DNA from: Eledone cirrhosa
Lineage: Eukaryota
Length of the DNA stretch: 64,000 nucleotides
Assembly (NCBI GenBank): GCA_964016885.1
Contig: OZ024740.1
Span: 355,322,001-355,386,000, forward strand
Direction of reading: 5' to 3'
Both the position numbers and the translations under genes were made by a program. Below are positions 1 to 15,490 of this stretch, piece after piece (position 1 is the first letter of the stretch; every line of letters begins with the position of its first letter). Under the pieces are notes generated by a model, which did not search any database, was not told the origin of the DNA, and saw nothing but the letters and a program-made list of their open reading frames with translations.

Positions 1-790
1 CATAAACTTGCACCACCCACAGAGACTTCTCTTTCAGCCTAAGCTTCAAGAGGCAAAACTTCCTCCTGATGGGATCCAGTCCATAACACATTCTGACAGC
101 CTGGCGCTTGTGAGAAGCCCCACTCCTGTCTGTGTATTCATTTCTGGTGCCACACTCGAATAGTGGAGTTTCCATCTTCCATCTAAATCATGGACGTTTG
201 TTGAGGAAAACCCAACTATATCTAGCCGGTAGCATCTAGCCTCCTCCACTAGTTCCTGCTCCTTACTTGTAAGGGTTGGGATGTTCAAGGTTCTATTGGT
301 TACGGTTTTATCCCTTCCAAACTGTGTTTTGGGTCCTGGGGGATTCGCAACCTTTTTGCATCCATCCCACGCCTCCCCGGGAAAGTCGCAGGTCCTTCAC
401 TAGTTTTTGCAGCATGAGATCGAGAGTACAATATATTTTTAGAACAGGCGCCTCTACATAAGGCCTGAACGTATCCCTTGTTAACCTATGGGAAGGGCAA
501 TGTGGTATGATTGTTTTTGTTGCCTCTAACCATATTGCAGTTTTGGTGGACTTATTCGCACCAGTCACCAATTTAGTTCTTTTCTCAGACCCTCGAAGAC
601 TAGGCTTTCTTTAGAGGCGACTTTAATCGCCTCGCAGTAGCTACATTACTGAGATGTGAGAGTTTTTTCTTGTGAGCTATAGATGTCCCTACCCTAGTAG
701 TTTACCACTGTTGGTACGGGGCTACTTATTCGTCCGGCAGGAGCCCGTTTATATCGCAACTAACCATCATATCTGGTTGTCGTATCGCTA
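1..790 (-). mobile_element. 5' part of an RTE-clade LINE (5' UTR plus start of the APE endonuclease), decayed; continues beyond the window start
   Basis: ORF 46-288 (NIPTLTSKEQELVEEARCYRLDIVGFSST...WKLHYS...GVGLL) resembles the N-terminus of RTE APE domains. The upstream boundary is approximate. Confidence 0.75.
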
Positions 791-819
791 TCCGCCACCT
801 ACAACCTGTTCTCTATTAT

Positions 820-1370
820 AAATTAACAATTAGAAATTAAAAATTTTTTTTAATTTCTAATTGTTAATTTTTTAATTGTTTAATTTATAATTTCTGATTT
901 GGGATTTAGGATTTTAATTTTTATTTCCAACTCTCACTCATAACTTCCAATGTAAAACCATGATACCTAGAATTAAGTATATTTTCTCTTGGGAGTTGAT
1001 GGTCAGTCGTACTGTCCATGCTTGGTGAGAGGTAGTATTGTGACCTGTAAACACTCTCCCATCCCCTCTGGCTTTCGGCTGACTGCCACAGACGGGACGG
1101 GTAGCAGTAAACTATGGTACAGGCCTAAATGGGTCATTGTTTGGCTGAGAGGGTGAACTGACTAAGCGAATTTCGTTGAAATCGGCGGTAGCTAATGGTC
1201 AACTTCCTTCGGACATGCGCCTGCGCAGACCGGTGGGGGTGAATTGGTACTCACAGGGGAACGGATGAAGAACCCAAAAGCACACACTTCGTCCGTTCCC
1301 ATGTCGATTCAACTTGGATTGTCTCGGAAACATAACCTTATTATGTAACAAGCTGTCTGATGATGTCACG
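820..1370 (+). repeat. Dispersed ~550-bp non-coding repeat, probably a PLE 3'UTR/pLTR, with its hammerhead truncated by (CA)n
   Basis: Reverse-complement homologue at ~63225-63766. Ends in GCTGT-CTGATGA-TGTC, the 5' half of the hammerhead that is complete in the other copy. Confidence 0.7.
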
Positions 1371-1384
1371 ACACTCGCACACAG

Positions 1385-1445
<61 letters not shown>

Positions 1446-1667
1446 TTCGTTTCTGAATTTGTTTAGCAAGATTCTTTATCTGAAATCGTGTGTTGAAACC
1501 GATATTGTTATACTTTGGGAGGGTCATGTTGCCAATAAGAAACACACGCACCAGTTGCTTTCACTTCAATTTATTATATATTTATAAATTTATAAATTTA
1601 CAAATCTACAAACTTATAAATTTCTGGTTGGTTGGTTGGTTCCACAACCAGATAGTTGTTTATATAT

Positions 1668-1712
1668 AGTCATAGTCCTTTCGTCACACACTCTGTGACC
1701 TCTTCAGTGACT
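1668..1712 (-). ncRNA. Type I hammerhead ribozyme (minimal)
   Basis: Reverse complement of the 2305-2349 motif. Confidence 0.7.
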
Positions 1713-2056
1713 GGGGATTCCTTTCTTTGTTTCTGTGCCTTTCCTTTCTTCTATCCTACGCCATTTTGTTTCTGTGTGTGTGTTGTGTGCTCAGTTTGCG
1801 CATGCGCCACATCCGGGTGTCTGTGTGTGTTTGCGTTCATTTATCTATTTGTTTATTTATTTATTATTGGTTGGTTGTTTGTTCTATGTGTGTGTGTGTT
1901 TTCATTTTGTCCTTAATTGTAAGTTGTGATGTTGCTGTTCCACTCGTATTTTCTATTTAATTTTGGTTGTAATTCTTTTATGCTTACTGCCTCTGTAATT
2001 TGCCTAAACATTGCATCTTTATAATAAATAAAAAAATAAATATTGCATCTTTATAA

Positions 2057-2103
<47 letters not shown>

Positions 2104-2304
2104 ATCTTTATAATAAATAAATAAATAAACATTGCATCTTTATAATAAATAAATAAATAAATAAACAAATAGATAAATGAACACAAACACACACAGACAC
2201 CCGGATGTGGCGCATGCGCAAACTGAGCACACAACACACACACAGAAACAAAATGGCGTAGGATAGAAGAAAGGAAAGGCACAGAAACAAAGAAAGGAAT
2301 CTCC

Positions 2305-2349
2305 AGTCACTGAAGAGGTCACAGAGTGTGTGACGAAAGGACTATGACT
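2305..2349 (+). ncRNA. Type I hammerhead ribozyme (minimal)
   Basis: AGTCA-CTGAAGA-G-GTCACA gagtg TGTGAC-GAAA-G ga C-TA-TGACT: stem I 5 bp, stem II 6 bp, minimal stem III, CUA cleavage triplet. Confidence 0.7.
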
Positions 2350-2507
2350 ATATATAAACAACTATCTGGTTGTGGAACCAACCAACCAACCAGAAATTTA
2401 TAAGTTTGTAGATTTGTAAATTTATAAATTTATAAATATATAATAAATTGAAGTGAAAGCAACTGGTGCGTGTGTTTCTTATTGGCAACATGACCCTCCC
2501 AAAGTAT

Positions 2508-2567
<60 letters not shown>

Positions 2568-2568
2568 T

Positions 2569-3344
2569 CCGAATTACTTGGTCGTTTTGTTTTGGCTGTG
2601 CGGATGATATGTTTAACCATCATCTCAGTGTGTTTGGCCCTTAACGTATGTTGTAGCTCTGATTCATATGATTCATCGAGCGCTTGCCACACATATCGGA
2701 CGTTGATTTTCGTTAATTCCTGAGCTGAAAACGATTCTCGCTAATTTATATTTGTATTAATCTCCAGAGTCTAGCTATTGAGCAGTTAATTTTATTGATT
2801 TTTTCAGTTACTTATATTGACTGTTGAATAGCTCTGTTATATTTAACCATTCTGTCGAGAGCTTTATTCGATTTGTGATATTTTACATTCTCGCAATAAT
2901 ACACAACTGAATCATTCGCTTAATAGGTGTTACCTCCCTTGCTGAATCCCACGAGGGGTCAGTAATAGCCACACTATCTATAGCATCTTGGAGCAAAACC
3001 CGTTGATAACACGACTGCCTTGTTCATCATCTCACCAGAAGCCCAACATTCTTTATGTAGGCGGACAGTACCTGATTTGGAGTCGCAGAAACCAATACTG
3101 GATTTTACCATCAGTCCAGGGTCCGGGAAAGTATCAACACATATATTTTTATTGTTTGACCCGAATTACTTGGTCGTTTTGTTTTGGCTGTGCGGATGAT
3201 ATGTTTAACCATCATCTCAGTGTGTTTGGCCCTTAACGTATGTTGTAGCTCTGATTCATATGATTCATCGAGCACTTGCCACACATATCGGACGTTGATT
3301 TTCGTTAATTCCTGAGCTGAAAACGATTCTCGCTAATTTATATT

Positions 3345-3349
<5 letters not shown>
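2569..3349. repeat. Non-coding element with 189-bp direct terminal repeats (2569-2757 / 3161-3349; 592-bp period)
   Basis: Near-identical direct repeats bounded by (TG)n and (TA)n. Confidence 0.85.
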
Positions 3350-3385
<36 letters not shown>

Positions 3386-3393
3386 GTTATTTG

Positions 3394-3673
<280 letters not shown>

Positions 3674-3713
3674 TATATATATATAAATGTGTGAGTGTGT
3701 GTGTTTGTGTGTG

Positions 3714-3769
<56 letters not shown>

Positions 3770-3780
3770 TTGTGTGTGTG

Positions 3781-3824
<44 letters not shown>

Positions 3825-4813
3825 TACACCTACCATACCCATATATAATATACGCATAGATCGACAACACAACAACAACAATAACCAAAACTAACATCGG
3901 AGCCTCTATGTGAGATCTACAAGAAATATTAACCACTTTTCATCGAATATTATCCTACCGTCATACTTAAGGAATTGATAGATTCTATAATATAGTTCTC
4001 AAAAATCTTAAAATGACGTGATAGTCACAGGTGGAAACCTTTTAACACAGGTCTCCTCTATGATGGTTTACCTGTGGTTACACCACAACCACCCCTACTA
4101 TCATAACAACAACAACATGGAATGAACTACTGTCGGTTTCGACGATGAGCGCTCCAGTTGTTTGATCAGTTGAACAGCCTGCTCATGAAATTAATGTGAC
4201 TGAATATTCTTTAAGCTAATTCTCGGGGTCATTCAGGGTGTCACAGTATACTACAGCCCATTTGATGGGCTTACAAACACTTTACTTGTACCCAATTTTG
4301 CTCCCAAAGTTTGGCTCAACCCGAAGCTATTGTAAAGGGCACTTGCCTAAGACATCACGCAGTAAGATTGAACCTGGGATCTAATGATTGCCAAGCGAAT
4401 TGTTTAACAATTCGGCAACGCTGAGCATATATCAACAACAATATTCAACAACGCAATAATATTTCTACTTACTCAACCTTTGCTGGTGTTCCATGTTCAT
4501 TCATATCTGTATCAGTCTTACTCTCTTCTGATAACTGGTTTCCTTTGTCCAAGTTGATACTGTCTCCCAAATTGTTATCTTTCAAATAACCGTTACTGGA
4601 AAGCATTCTGCTACCTTATTGGTCAATATTGGTGAAGCTTCTTAGTATGCAGAAATGACCTCGTGTAGCTAAAGAAGAGAGGGTTAATGCAAGTGTGTTT
4701 TGTATTTTGTGTACAAAATGGTGATTTAACGACTTACTTCCGGGAAATTTGGGTAAAATCACATTTGTATTTATCCATGAAGTGATAAAATCATATATTT
4801 TTAGCGCTTTCAA

Positions 4814-4814
<1 letters not shown>

Positions 4815-4879
<65 letters not shown>
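4815..4879. repeat. (TAC)n microsatellite
   Basis: Direct read. Confidence 0.95.
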
Positions 4880-4881
<2 letters not shown>

Positions 4882-4953
4882 TGTTTATTTCTATTTACAA
4901 ATACTTGTATGTTTATGTTGTATGAATACCTATCGGTATGTTTGTATATGTGT

Positions 4954-5018
<65 letters not shown>

Positions 5019-5042
5019 CATAGATATATAGATCTCTCTCTC

Positions 5043-5076
<34 letters not shown>

Positions 5077-5929
5077 AAGAGGAGGAGGAGAGGAGAGAAA
5101 TTATTAATGATATAAATATGTATCCAAATATTTCCAAAACTTCACTAATATATGATTCTTTCACCATATATATTTGTGTGTGTGTGTATTTAGATGTGTG
5201 TGTGTGAGGTGGGGTACAAAAGCAGTAAAATGGTGACTAAAGAGTAGAAATGTCAACAAAAAAAATAGAAATAGTAATAAAAAATATGAAAAAAGTACAA
5301 TAAGTTTTTTTACCTTTTTGTTAGCGCAGATATTCTCAACGTCAACAAAAGAATCTCTATACACTATACACCTACGTTTACATAATTGAAAACCTGTTCT
5401 ACAAGATTATATGTGTACGTATGCAATGTTCTTAGAGGAAGATCTCTACACCTACTTCTATTATATTCGTAGTTTCATTCATTCGTCAGAAAACAGGTTT
5501 CCTTTCCACAAATCAATGACGATTAAGACTATCGTATCATTTTATTTATTTTATTTCAAAACTTTTCTAAGACAAGGAAAACATTTTCATACTTAACTAT
5601 CATCAAGACTCGAGCAATGTAAAAAAATAATGCTTTTTAATTTTAGGAACAACAATTTGGGGGGTGAGAAGGTGGGGTCAATTATACTGACTTCCAATAT
5701 TTGACCCCACCTTTATTTTATCGACCATACCCCTTCCTCACTCCGCCTCCTCGGGAGTATGAAAGACAAAATTTACCTCTGTGGCATTTCAATTCGACGG
5801 AGAGAGTCGAAACACACCGCAAACTAGTTTGTCAGGCGCTCTTCATATTACTGCCAATCCGTTGCCGTCAGTAATAGGAGATAATAATTTGTTTATAGAC
5901 TCCAGGTGGAATCACTTTACGAATGGGAT

Positions 5930-8335
5930 ACAAAACAGTGTGGTGTTTACATTTAAACAAAGTAATCACAAATAACAATAAAATACCTAAGGTCAATCAA
6001 GTATTGTTCCGCAAATCCAGGATTACCCAGACTATTAAAGGCAACTACCTTTTCCTAGTTTGACATTCCCCGGTGTGAAAACGTATGTTGAGAATATACA
6101 TATTCATCCGAGCTATACTCACCGACGTAGAAAGGGGCGTCACTATATTCCTCTCCAAGTGAAACTCGAAGGTGTTGAGTTTCCTGTAGAGGAAAGTGTC
6201 TCTAGTTCTTTCAGTCGCATCCATCAGATAAATGGAAATTGCCTGTCATTCCAAATCAAAGGAAATGATGTGAACGGTGCAGATAGTCGGATTCATGTTA
6301 CATTCTACATTAGTACATTAGCTGTTTGACCGAACTCCACAAATCAGAAATGCACGGAACTTGAACGAGTGCATACAGAACAGTTTGATGGCTCGGCTGA
6401 CGGTACGAGAACCTATGAAGTTTACCTTCAACTCGGCAATGTTCCTCTCACGCTGCCAGGCCAAATATTTCTGGTAGTTATTAATAGTCCCTTGATCGAA
6501 ATCCTCCCGGAACATAGTCACCGATGTTTCCCCGAGAACATCATCGTTCTTCTCCACCACGAGTCATCTGTAGAGTATTAATGTGTGAACATTCCCGACT
6601 AGTATAGGACTACACATATAAGGTGCAATGTCTCGGTCATCGCTTGATCTAAGACTGTAACTCTATATAAGAAAACGTGTCTGACCAACGGTGACCACAC
6701 TTGCTAATTGTCAAGGAATATTTGTAAATGTCTTACTCTCAGCACATATCTACATATAATTAGCCACGATATACCAATTTCTTCACGCAGATGTTTGCAG
6801 TAGATGAACCGCTTGAGTACTGGAAAGTGTCACTTCACAAGACACTAAAGAGAATACACTTCAATATCGTCAGATGAATATGGTCAGACGAAATATATAA
6901 CAAAGGTGGTGTACTCATTTTCCAACGATCTTTCAGGGATAACTTCATTTCTGCATGAGTATGGCCATCCTGTTCATCACCTCGTTCCAGTTCCGATCCA
7001 ACTTGATGTGTGAAACGAAACAAACTCTAAGAAATTAGCCTTCGACGTGGAATTGTCTCTCCAAGTTCCGAGATACAAGCCCACTGAATTTTCAGGCTTA
7101 ATCTTTACATCTGCTACTGCCTCGGATTCTTTTAGAATGGTACCAGTCACCCCAAACCTCACAGAACAACACCATTACGATAATATGGCTCTCCATAATC
7201 GCTAGATTCCGTAACAGCGATTTGAGATTTAGCATATAGAGAAGAGATGAGAGAAGACACCTTTACCAGGCTAAGCATGCTATTCGAAATTTCGTTTAAC
7301 CACCGAGAATAACTTTCAGTACGTTGATGTAATTTAGCCTCTGAAAACCAGCCCGAAACCAGCAACCTTGCGCCACTAGATATATTTCCTTCAGGGCGAA
7401 GATAGTGATATTGGGAAATACGCACACACAACGCTACTATAAAGCTTCGTCACGCGGGTATCTTCCCTCGTCATGGAGCTTAGATCAAAGATTCTAGAGG
7501 CGATGGGGAATACAGCAACAAGAACAATTCTGGTACCGAAAGCTTCTAGTCAGAACTCTGTACATCTGCCGCACTGAGATGATGCTTTTTACCGACTTTT
7601 ACGTAGTGATGGTTGTCGGGGATATATCTACTCGAGATCGCACAGGTTTTTGCTATTCCGGCCGCACTACGGACGACAAGCCCCAACCGTTTTGTTAGCA
7701 CCTCAGCTGTATTCAGTACAACTATGGGCCGGAAATTATCGATCCCTTTATCGCGTCCTTTTTCAGCAGCACTACTACTATCCGATTCAAAGAACTGGAA
7801 GTTTTACCGTTCTACCACCATTTGCAGTAGACGTGTAGCATAGCATCGGTAGACAAATGTAGCATAGCATATATGCGTTAAGTTGGTAGGGCAGATAATT
7901 TAAACCAGGTGATTTGCCTCTCATACGACAACCTACATCCAAGTTGTTCTTGTCAGCTTTTCGAAGTATTTAGCGTCCTGTACCGGACCGCAAGAGAGCT
8001 TCTAAATAGACTTAAAGTCTACCATCATTGAACCACTCACCTCGAAAATTGAACTGAAAAGTTGCACTGATTTGCTTGAAATAAAGTAGCATATGCTTTT
8101 GCGGTTGTGTTGCCACATCTCACCTATTACACTCAGGTCCATAAAAAGGCTAGACTTTTTTTTATGTCTAAGAACACGAGCGTTAACTGACAACGCATAC
8201 TCCGTGATTCGTGTGGAAAACAAGGTCGATGGCAATTTTGGCTGTTTGCAGGTTTATCGGGATACTTTTTTTTTTAAATCGTCTCTGCTAATATTAACAG
8301 CTACTGCTTCACTAATCTGTTTCTTTTCACTATTT
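5930..8335 (-). mobile_element. Heavily decayed L1/Tx1-clade LINE ORF2 (reverse transcriptase region)
   Basis: Manual translation across frameshifts gives GKSPGL, KG..DNFRPIVVLNT, TCAISSRYIPDN, GFGLVF, RCLLSSLLYMLNL (QGCPLSPLLY-like), KIKPENSVGLYLGTWR and KLSLKDR, in the order expected for L1/Tx1 RT. Confidence 0.75.
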
Positions 8336-8349
8336 CAGGCACAAAAAAA

Positions 8350-8856
8350 ATAGTACAGTATTACTGTTGAAAATATGAAGTATAGTATTACTGTTGAAAA
8401 TATATAGTACAGTATTACTGTTGAAAATATGTAGTATAGTATTACTGTTGAAAATATATAGTACAGTATTACTGTTGAAAATATATAGTACAGTATTACT
8501 GTTGAAAATATGAAGTATAGTATTACTGTTGAAAATATGAAGTATAGTATTACTGTTGAAAATATATAGTACAGTATTACTGTTGAAAATATGTAGTATA
8601 GTATTACTGTTGAAAATATATAGTACAGTATTACTGTTGAAAATATATAGTACAGTATTACTGTTGAAAATATGAAGTATAGTATTACTGTTGAAAATAT
8701 ATAGTACAGTATTACTGTTGAAAATATATAGTACAGTATTACTGTTGAAAATATATAGTATAGTATTACTGTTGAAAATATATAGTACAATATTACTGTT
8801 GAAAGTATATATTATAGTATTACTGTTGAAAGTATAGTATTACTGTTGAAAATATG
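8350..8856. repeat. 27-bp minisatellite (TAGTACAGTATTACTGTTGAAAATATA), ~18 copies
   Basis: Direct read; it produces the spurious (YYIFSTVIL)n ORF. Related units at ~31290-31425. Confidence 0.95.
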
Positions 8857-9034
8857 TACATGAATATATAATTATATATATATATATATGTATATAATTA
8901 ATTAAAAGTTGGTTAGAAGCGAAGTCAATGCAGACAGGCAGACATATTATAAGGGCGTGACGTTATGGCTATGTATCTATCTAAAAAGACAGAGTAAGAA
9001 AGAGAGAGGAATGTCGTATCATATATATTATATA

Positions 9035-10303
9035 CTAGCAGTGGTACCCGGCGTTGCACAGGACAAGGTATTTTTGAACGCGGGCCGCCAACAGACCTAA
9101 TCGTGGAAAAACTGCATGCCTGAACAATATGTAAAGAAAATAAACCGAATACTTTGATGGCTGGATAATCTTTAAGATTTTCCTCGATGAAGCAGGAAAA
9201 ATGCAGGTTTTCACCTAATGCGGGCCCTAGGGGGTCAAAAAGTTGAATTTTTTATGTGCATAACACTCCTTGAAACATAACGCGGGCCGCCAACAGACCT
9301 AATCGTGGAAAAACTGCATGCCTGGACAATATGTAAAGAAAATAAACCGAATACTCTGATACAATTAGTATTAGGTATGCTTCTCCTTCCACGTGGAGAA
9401 AATCGGCTTGGTGCTTTTGTACTTTAATAAAGTGGCATGACAGATGTCACCACTTATGTCAGAGGGAAGTCTGCAATGCTTGAGCAAGACATGACGTGCA
9501 ATCGGACAGCATGTGGAGCCTTCTCGAAGGAGTCCACCGCACCTTAGTAAGTAAACGCAACTGGACAAATGTTTACCAAACTGTGGGTATAATTTAACAA
9601 ATTTAAAGGGGAATGATGCAATAAAATGGGCCCGGGGCGTGTGCGTGTTCACTGGCAGCCCTAAACGAAAGGATCGCCATCAGCTATTTCAAGGCCCTTA
9701 AAAGGGCCGTGTAAGCCGTTCACTGACACCCCATTAAGGAGGGGTAACCATCAACAATTTCTAGTGGTGGCCCTAAAAAGGGCCATGTGAGCGTTCACTT
9801 GTAGCTCTTATTAGTGACTTTGACTGCGTTCTCTGACATTTGAAGGAAGGTGTTACGGATGCTTCCACTGGTAGCCTTTAGAATGAATCATAATGCGTTC
9901 GCGGTCCGTTTAACAGCCATACATTGACGCACCGAGTGCGATGCAGACAGCCAGACATACAGACAGATATTATAAAGGTGCGTTCTGGACTAAGAGGAAA
10001 TTGTGGGAAGTGACGTAATGCAGACAGCCAGACATACAGACATATATTATAAGGGCGCGACGTTATATGTATGTATCTATCTAAAAATAGAAAGACTAAG
10101 AATTATAGAGAGAGATCGCTAAATCGCCTAATGCGGTCCCTAGGGCATTGAACATTTTAAATTTGTTTTTCCCTGAACACTCCCTGAAACATAAGTATTA
10201 CATGTGTAAAGTTTGAAAACAGTCTGTTAGGTGGTTCTCGAGTTTTATGGATTCAAACTCACACACACACACACACAGACATCCTCAGTTTTATATATAT
10301 AGA
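9035..10303 (-). mobile_element. Non-autonomous Helitron-like element
   Basis: On the minus strand it begins A|TCTATATATATAAAAC and ends ...GCAACGCCGGGTACCACTGCTAG|T (5'-TC, CTAG-3', A|T target, GC-rich subterminal region). Internal duplications are present. Confidence 0.7.
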
Positions 10304-10431
10304 TAATAAAGTACCAGTAATGTACTGGGATAATTGCTGGACTTGTGCCAAAAGTAGAAACAATTATACTTCTTTTTTATACAACAGTAAATAACATGTT
10401 TATGAATGTATTTATATATTTATGATACTAA

Positions 10432-10493
<62 letters not shown>

Positions 10494-10513
10494 TATATAT
10501 ATATATATATATA

Positions 10514-10547
<34 letters not shown>

Positions 10548-10592
10548 ATTCGTTGTACTGCCTCTCTGTTTTGTCCCTGTTCAAATTTTTCC

Positions 10593-10631
<39 letters not shown>

Positions 10632-10645
10632 TATATATATATATA

Positions 10646-12870
10646 TCATCACATCATCACTCGTCGACTACTGTCGAGATGATGGATCTCACTCTCATGC
10701 CCCAGAATTCCCTGTCCCCCATCGCTGCCCCCAGGTCCTGTCTACTGATTCCCGTATCCCTAGAGATAACGTCAGGGAATGACAGCTTCCTACTCCTAGT
10801 CAGGCTGGAGTCAGGGTTCCAGAGCAAGAGAGCGGATATGATTTCATTGCTGGCACGGTGACAGTGGCCAGCAAATTGAGCTCTCCGGGATTTTAGAAGG
10901 GCAGAGGCTCGAGGGAGTTTGCCATAGATTTTAGACAAGGTGGGATGTCGTTTCCAGGATAGGTTTTGCACTCTCATTAAGAGGCGGGTATATGTGCCAT
11001 CCAATCTCCTCTCAAGTTGTGATGTTAGTGTCCAAGTTTCGGATCCATAAAGTAATATGGGCTTAATGGTTGCTTGGAATATTTCCAGTTTTAGCTTGTT
11101 GGTAAGTTGAGATGTCCATATGGCGTGCATGTCATTGCACGCTGACCATGCCATACCATTCCTGGTTAGAAAATCTTTTTTGGAGCAGGAGATATATGAG
11201 CCAAGATACTTGTAATCTTCCACCTGCTTAAGGGTGGAAGATTAGGTTTGGGCTGTTTGCGCATCTGTTCACATACTCAGTCTTGGATTCGTTGAGGTAC
11301 AGTCCAACACAGTTGGACGCTTGCTCTAATGACTTCAAAAGACTCTCAGCATTTTCCAGTGACCGACTGATCAATGCGATATCGTCAGCAAAGTCGGTGT
11401 CGGTCAAGTATTTTGCTGGGTAGCGTGAGCTTCTCCTAGGCTGTAGTTGGTATCCCCTATCCTGAATCCTATCCACAGACATGCGCAAAACATAATCCAC
11501 AACAATGATAAACAGATACGGAGCAAGGGTATCGCCCTGTAAAATTCCAGCGAGGATTGAGAAAGGTGGTGTTTCCCCATCTGGAGTCAGGGCAGTTGAT
11601 TTGGTATCTGTATACATTACACGTATGGCCGCGATGATTTTATCAGGAATCCCATAGAGTTGTAGAATTTCAAACATCCCCGACCTGTCAACTGAGTCGA
11701 AGGCTTTTGAAAAATCAACAAAGATGAGTGCAAGGTCTAGATTGCGGTTTTGGGACTCCTCTATAAGTCGGCGAAGGCAGAGAATCTGGCTAAGTGTTGA
11801 TCTACCTCTCCTAAATCCATTCTGGTTGTTACGAAGGATTGGCTCAAGAAATGGGATTAAGTGGTTAAGAAGAAGCTTTTTGTATAATTTTGCAGCAATT
11901 GCCATGAGAGAAATTCCTCTATAGTTGGTGGCTAAAGAAAGATCTCCTTTTTTGGGCATGGGGATAATTTGAGCTGCATGCCAGACGCTAGGTAGTTTAT
12001 TGGTCTCGAAAGTATGGTTACATAAGTTGAGCAAAAGGATGTGGAAATGCTCATCCTTCCAAATCAGGGTAGGTATATTATCCGGCCCAAAGGCTTTTGA
12101 GGCTTTGAGCTGTTTGATGGCTTCTTTGAGCTCAGGCATGGTGAAAGGAGAGGTGTTGATTCCTAAAGGCTCTGAAACCTGAACGGATGGCAGTAGATAC
12201 TTATCAGGGAGTCTGGCCTTTTTCCCTAGAAGGTTTTTAAAATGAGCAGACCAATTTTCAAGACGTTTTTTGGCAGAGCCTCCTTTGATTCTAACTGCAG
12301 AGTTTGAGTTTTTGCCTGAAAGATCTTTGACAACCTTCCAAGCAGGATGATGGTGTTTGCTGATGTGATGTTGCGATAGCTGATCAATCCTACCTGAGAT
12401 ATAGTCGGCTTCAGCATTAAGATAAACGTCGTCTAGTAATTTTTTGGCCATGATAAGCTGTATCTTTTTCCCTTGAGATGGTGATTGATGGTGAGATTGG
12501 GATATTGACCTAAGATGGGCCCTTGCCTCAACTACCTTCTCTGAGGCACTAGGTTTCATTTGGCTTCAGCTTTTCTTTTTAGGTAGGGTGGCAAGTGCAA
12601 CTTCCTCTGTTGATTGCTTAAGACAGTCATACACATCCTCAATATTATCGTCATTGATGTCAGAAGTTGAGAGAGATTGAAATCTGTTATAGACTTGAAG
12701 CGTGAAGCTATTGGATAGTTGTTTGTTGGAAGAAACGGCTTTCCAGTCTATTCTTTTCATGGGATGAGGTTCGGCCCACTTGGATATCCTGAGGCTAAGT
12801 TTGATTGTTACCGAGATGACTCGATGATCTGAGCCAACAGAGCTAAAGGAGGAATAAGATCTAGAATCTT
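10646..12870 (-). mobile_element. 5'-truncated RTE-type LINE with a largely complete RT and frameshifts
   Basis: ORFs 11228-12559 and 10657-11223 contain NYRGISL, QNGFRRGRS, FVDFSKAFDSV, GILQGDTLAP, FADD, YKYLGS and LLYGSETW. A (TGA)-like tail follows the stop. Confidence 0.95.
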
Positions 12871-12884
12871 TATATATATATACA

Positions 12885-12989
<105 letters not shown>

Positions 12990-13024
12990 TATATATATAT
13001 ATATATATATATATACACTATATA

Positions 13025-13063
<39 letters not shown>

Positions 13064-13069
13064 TATATA

Positions 13070-14712
<1,643 letters not shown>

Positions 14713-14904
14713 CATATATATATATATATATATATACACTATATATATATATACACTATATATATATATATATATATACACTATATATATATATATACAC
14801 ACACTATATGTATATATATACACTATATATATATATATATACACACTATATATATACATATATACACTATATATATACACTCTATATATATATATATATA
14901 CACA

Positions 14905-14980
<76 letters not shown>

Positions 14981-15000
14981 TCTATATATATACATATACA

Positions 15001-15077
<77 letters not shown>

Positions 15078-15081
<4 letters not shown>

Positions 15082-15327
15082 TAAACGGAATAGAAAATGC
15101 TGACAAATTGTTCACAGTTGAAAAATGGTTTAATTAGTATTCCTAATTAAAATTTTCAAGACGTTTTTTGGCAGAGCCTCCTTTGATTCTAACTGCAGAG
15201 TTTGAGTTTTTGGCTGAAAGATCTTTGACAACCTTCCAAGCAAGGAATTTTAAAATGCCTGCTATCCCTAATTAAACCATTTTTCAACTGAGAACAATTT
15301 GTCAGCATTTTCTATTCCGTTTACCAA
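15078..15327. repeat. Fold-back element (~60-bp arms) enclosing a 92-bp piece of the neighbouring RTE
   Basis: Arms 15078-15137 / 15268-15327. 15151-15242 matches 12253-12344 almost exactly. Confidence 0.85.
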
Positions 15328-15362
15328 TATATAATAACTTGTGTGTTACACCTCTATTCTTT

Positions 15363-15457
<95 letters not shown>

Positions 15458-15490
15458 TATATATATATATATACACTATATATATACACT

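Larger units (their letters stand above)
1503..2514. repeat. Long inverted repeat (~365-bp arms, 1503-1866 / 2143-2514), each arm with a hammerhead
   Basis: Arms are near-perfect reverse complements and give identical ORFs on both strands. Flanked by (CA)n/(TA)n. Confidence 0.9.

Noticed and set aside
5930-8335. Possible endogenous viral element or host pseudogene
   Set aside because: Ordered L1/Tx1 RT motifs explain the region.
8335-8790. 151-aa repetitive ORF / CRISPR-like periodicity
   Set aside because: Contiguous 27-bp minisatellite with no unique spacers, in a eukaryotic context without cas genes.
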